The notes beneath the pieces were generated by a model. The model was not told the origin of the DNA and made no database searches. It was given only the letters and a program-made list of their open reading frames with translations. A program made the position numbers and the translations under genes. From the IMG/VR virus record IMGVR_UViG_3300018004_000004, positions 124,001 to 188,000 of that record: 64,000 nucleotides of DNA; one strand, 5' to 3'. This document shows positions 63,821-64,000 of this stretch, in pieces; position 1 is the stretch's first letter, and each line of letters begins with the position of its first letter.

Positions 63821-64000
63821 CCGACGAACTTGTCAGCAATCAGTTTATACCTTGGCCTCTTGTCAGCAATCAGTTTATACCTTGGCCTCTTGGAAAAGAG
63901 AAGCCAAAGAGAAAGTGCAAGATTATCGTTAATATAGGTCTGCCTGGCTGCGGGAAGACTACGGAAACCCGTGAGCTCATGAAGACCGACGGTAATCTGA
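63817..64000 (+). CDS. P-loop kinase, polynucleotide kinase (PNK/AAA_33)-like, N-terminus only
   Basis: Not in ORF track. ATGA overlap; ...KIIVNIGLPGCGKTTETRELMK.. Walker A at the N-terminus. Confidence 0.65.
   Translation, partial: MTDELVSNQFIPWPLVSNQFIPWPLGKEKPKRKCKIIVNIGLPGCGKTTETRELMKTDGNL
63830..63892 (+). repeat. Perfect 30-bp tandem duplication
   Basis: TTGTCAGCAATCAGTTTATACCTTGGCCTC twice (+TTG), encoding LVSNQFIPWP twice in frame. Confidence 0.9.

Noticed and set aside
1-64000. Stop-codon reassignment, common in some large phages
   Set aside because: Core genes are intact in code 11, and TAA, TAG and TGA all terminate tightly coupled genes

Overview
This is a 64-kb fragment of a large, contractile-tailed (myovirus-like) dsDNA phage genome in the standard genetic code. 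It has two divergent arms meeting near 38.0-38.35 kb. The minus-strand arm (1-37966) is the late/virion module. Read in transcription order it holds small paralogous genes, a possible TerS, Gly/Ala-rich putative ejection proteins, fibre/collagen-like proteins, TerL, portal, prohead protease-scaffold, decoration protein, a Com-like zinc finger, the major capsid protein, Ig-like proteins, a GH108 lysis cassette, neck/tail-completion proteins and the start of the tail sheath, with three free-standing HNH/EndoVII genes inserted. The plus-strand arm (38359-64000) is an early/middle-type region of about 65 mostly small genes. It includes a 970-aa single-subunit two-barrel (YonO/RdRP-like) RNA polymerase candidate with an atypical GGGDQDD motif, an ATP-dependent DNA ligase fused to an apparently circularly permuted LigD phosphoesterase domain, an RlpA-like transglycosylase, a cyclic-phosphate receiver domain, a DxD glycosyltransferase, RNase HI, an HNH and a partial PNK-like kinase. 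The main candidate system is the polymerase together with an exact 12-mer, TATACTAATCAG, found five times and always upstream of and co-oriented with genes, plus several structured intergenic RNA elements. All family assignments come from motif recognition by eye; no database search or folding program was run.
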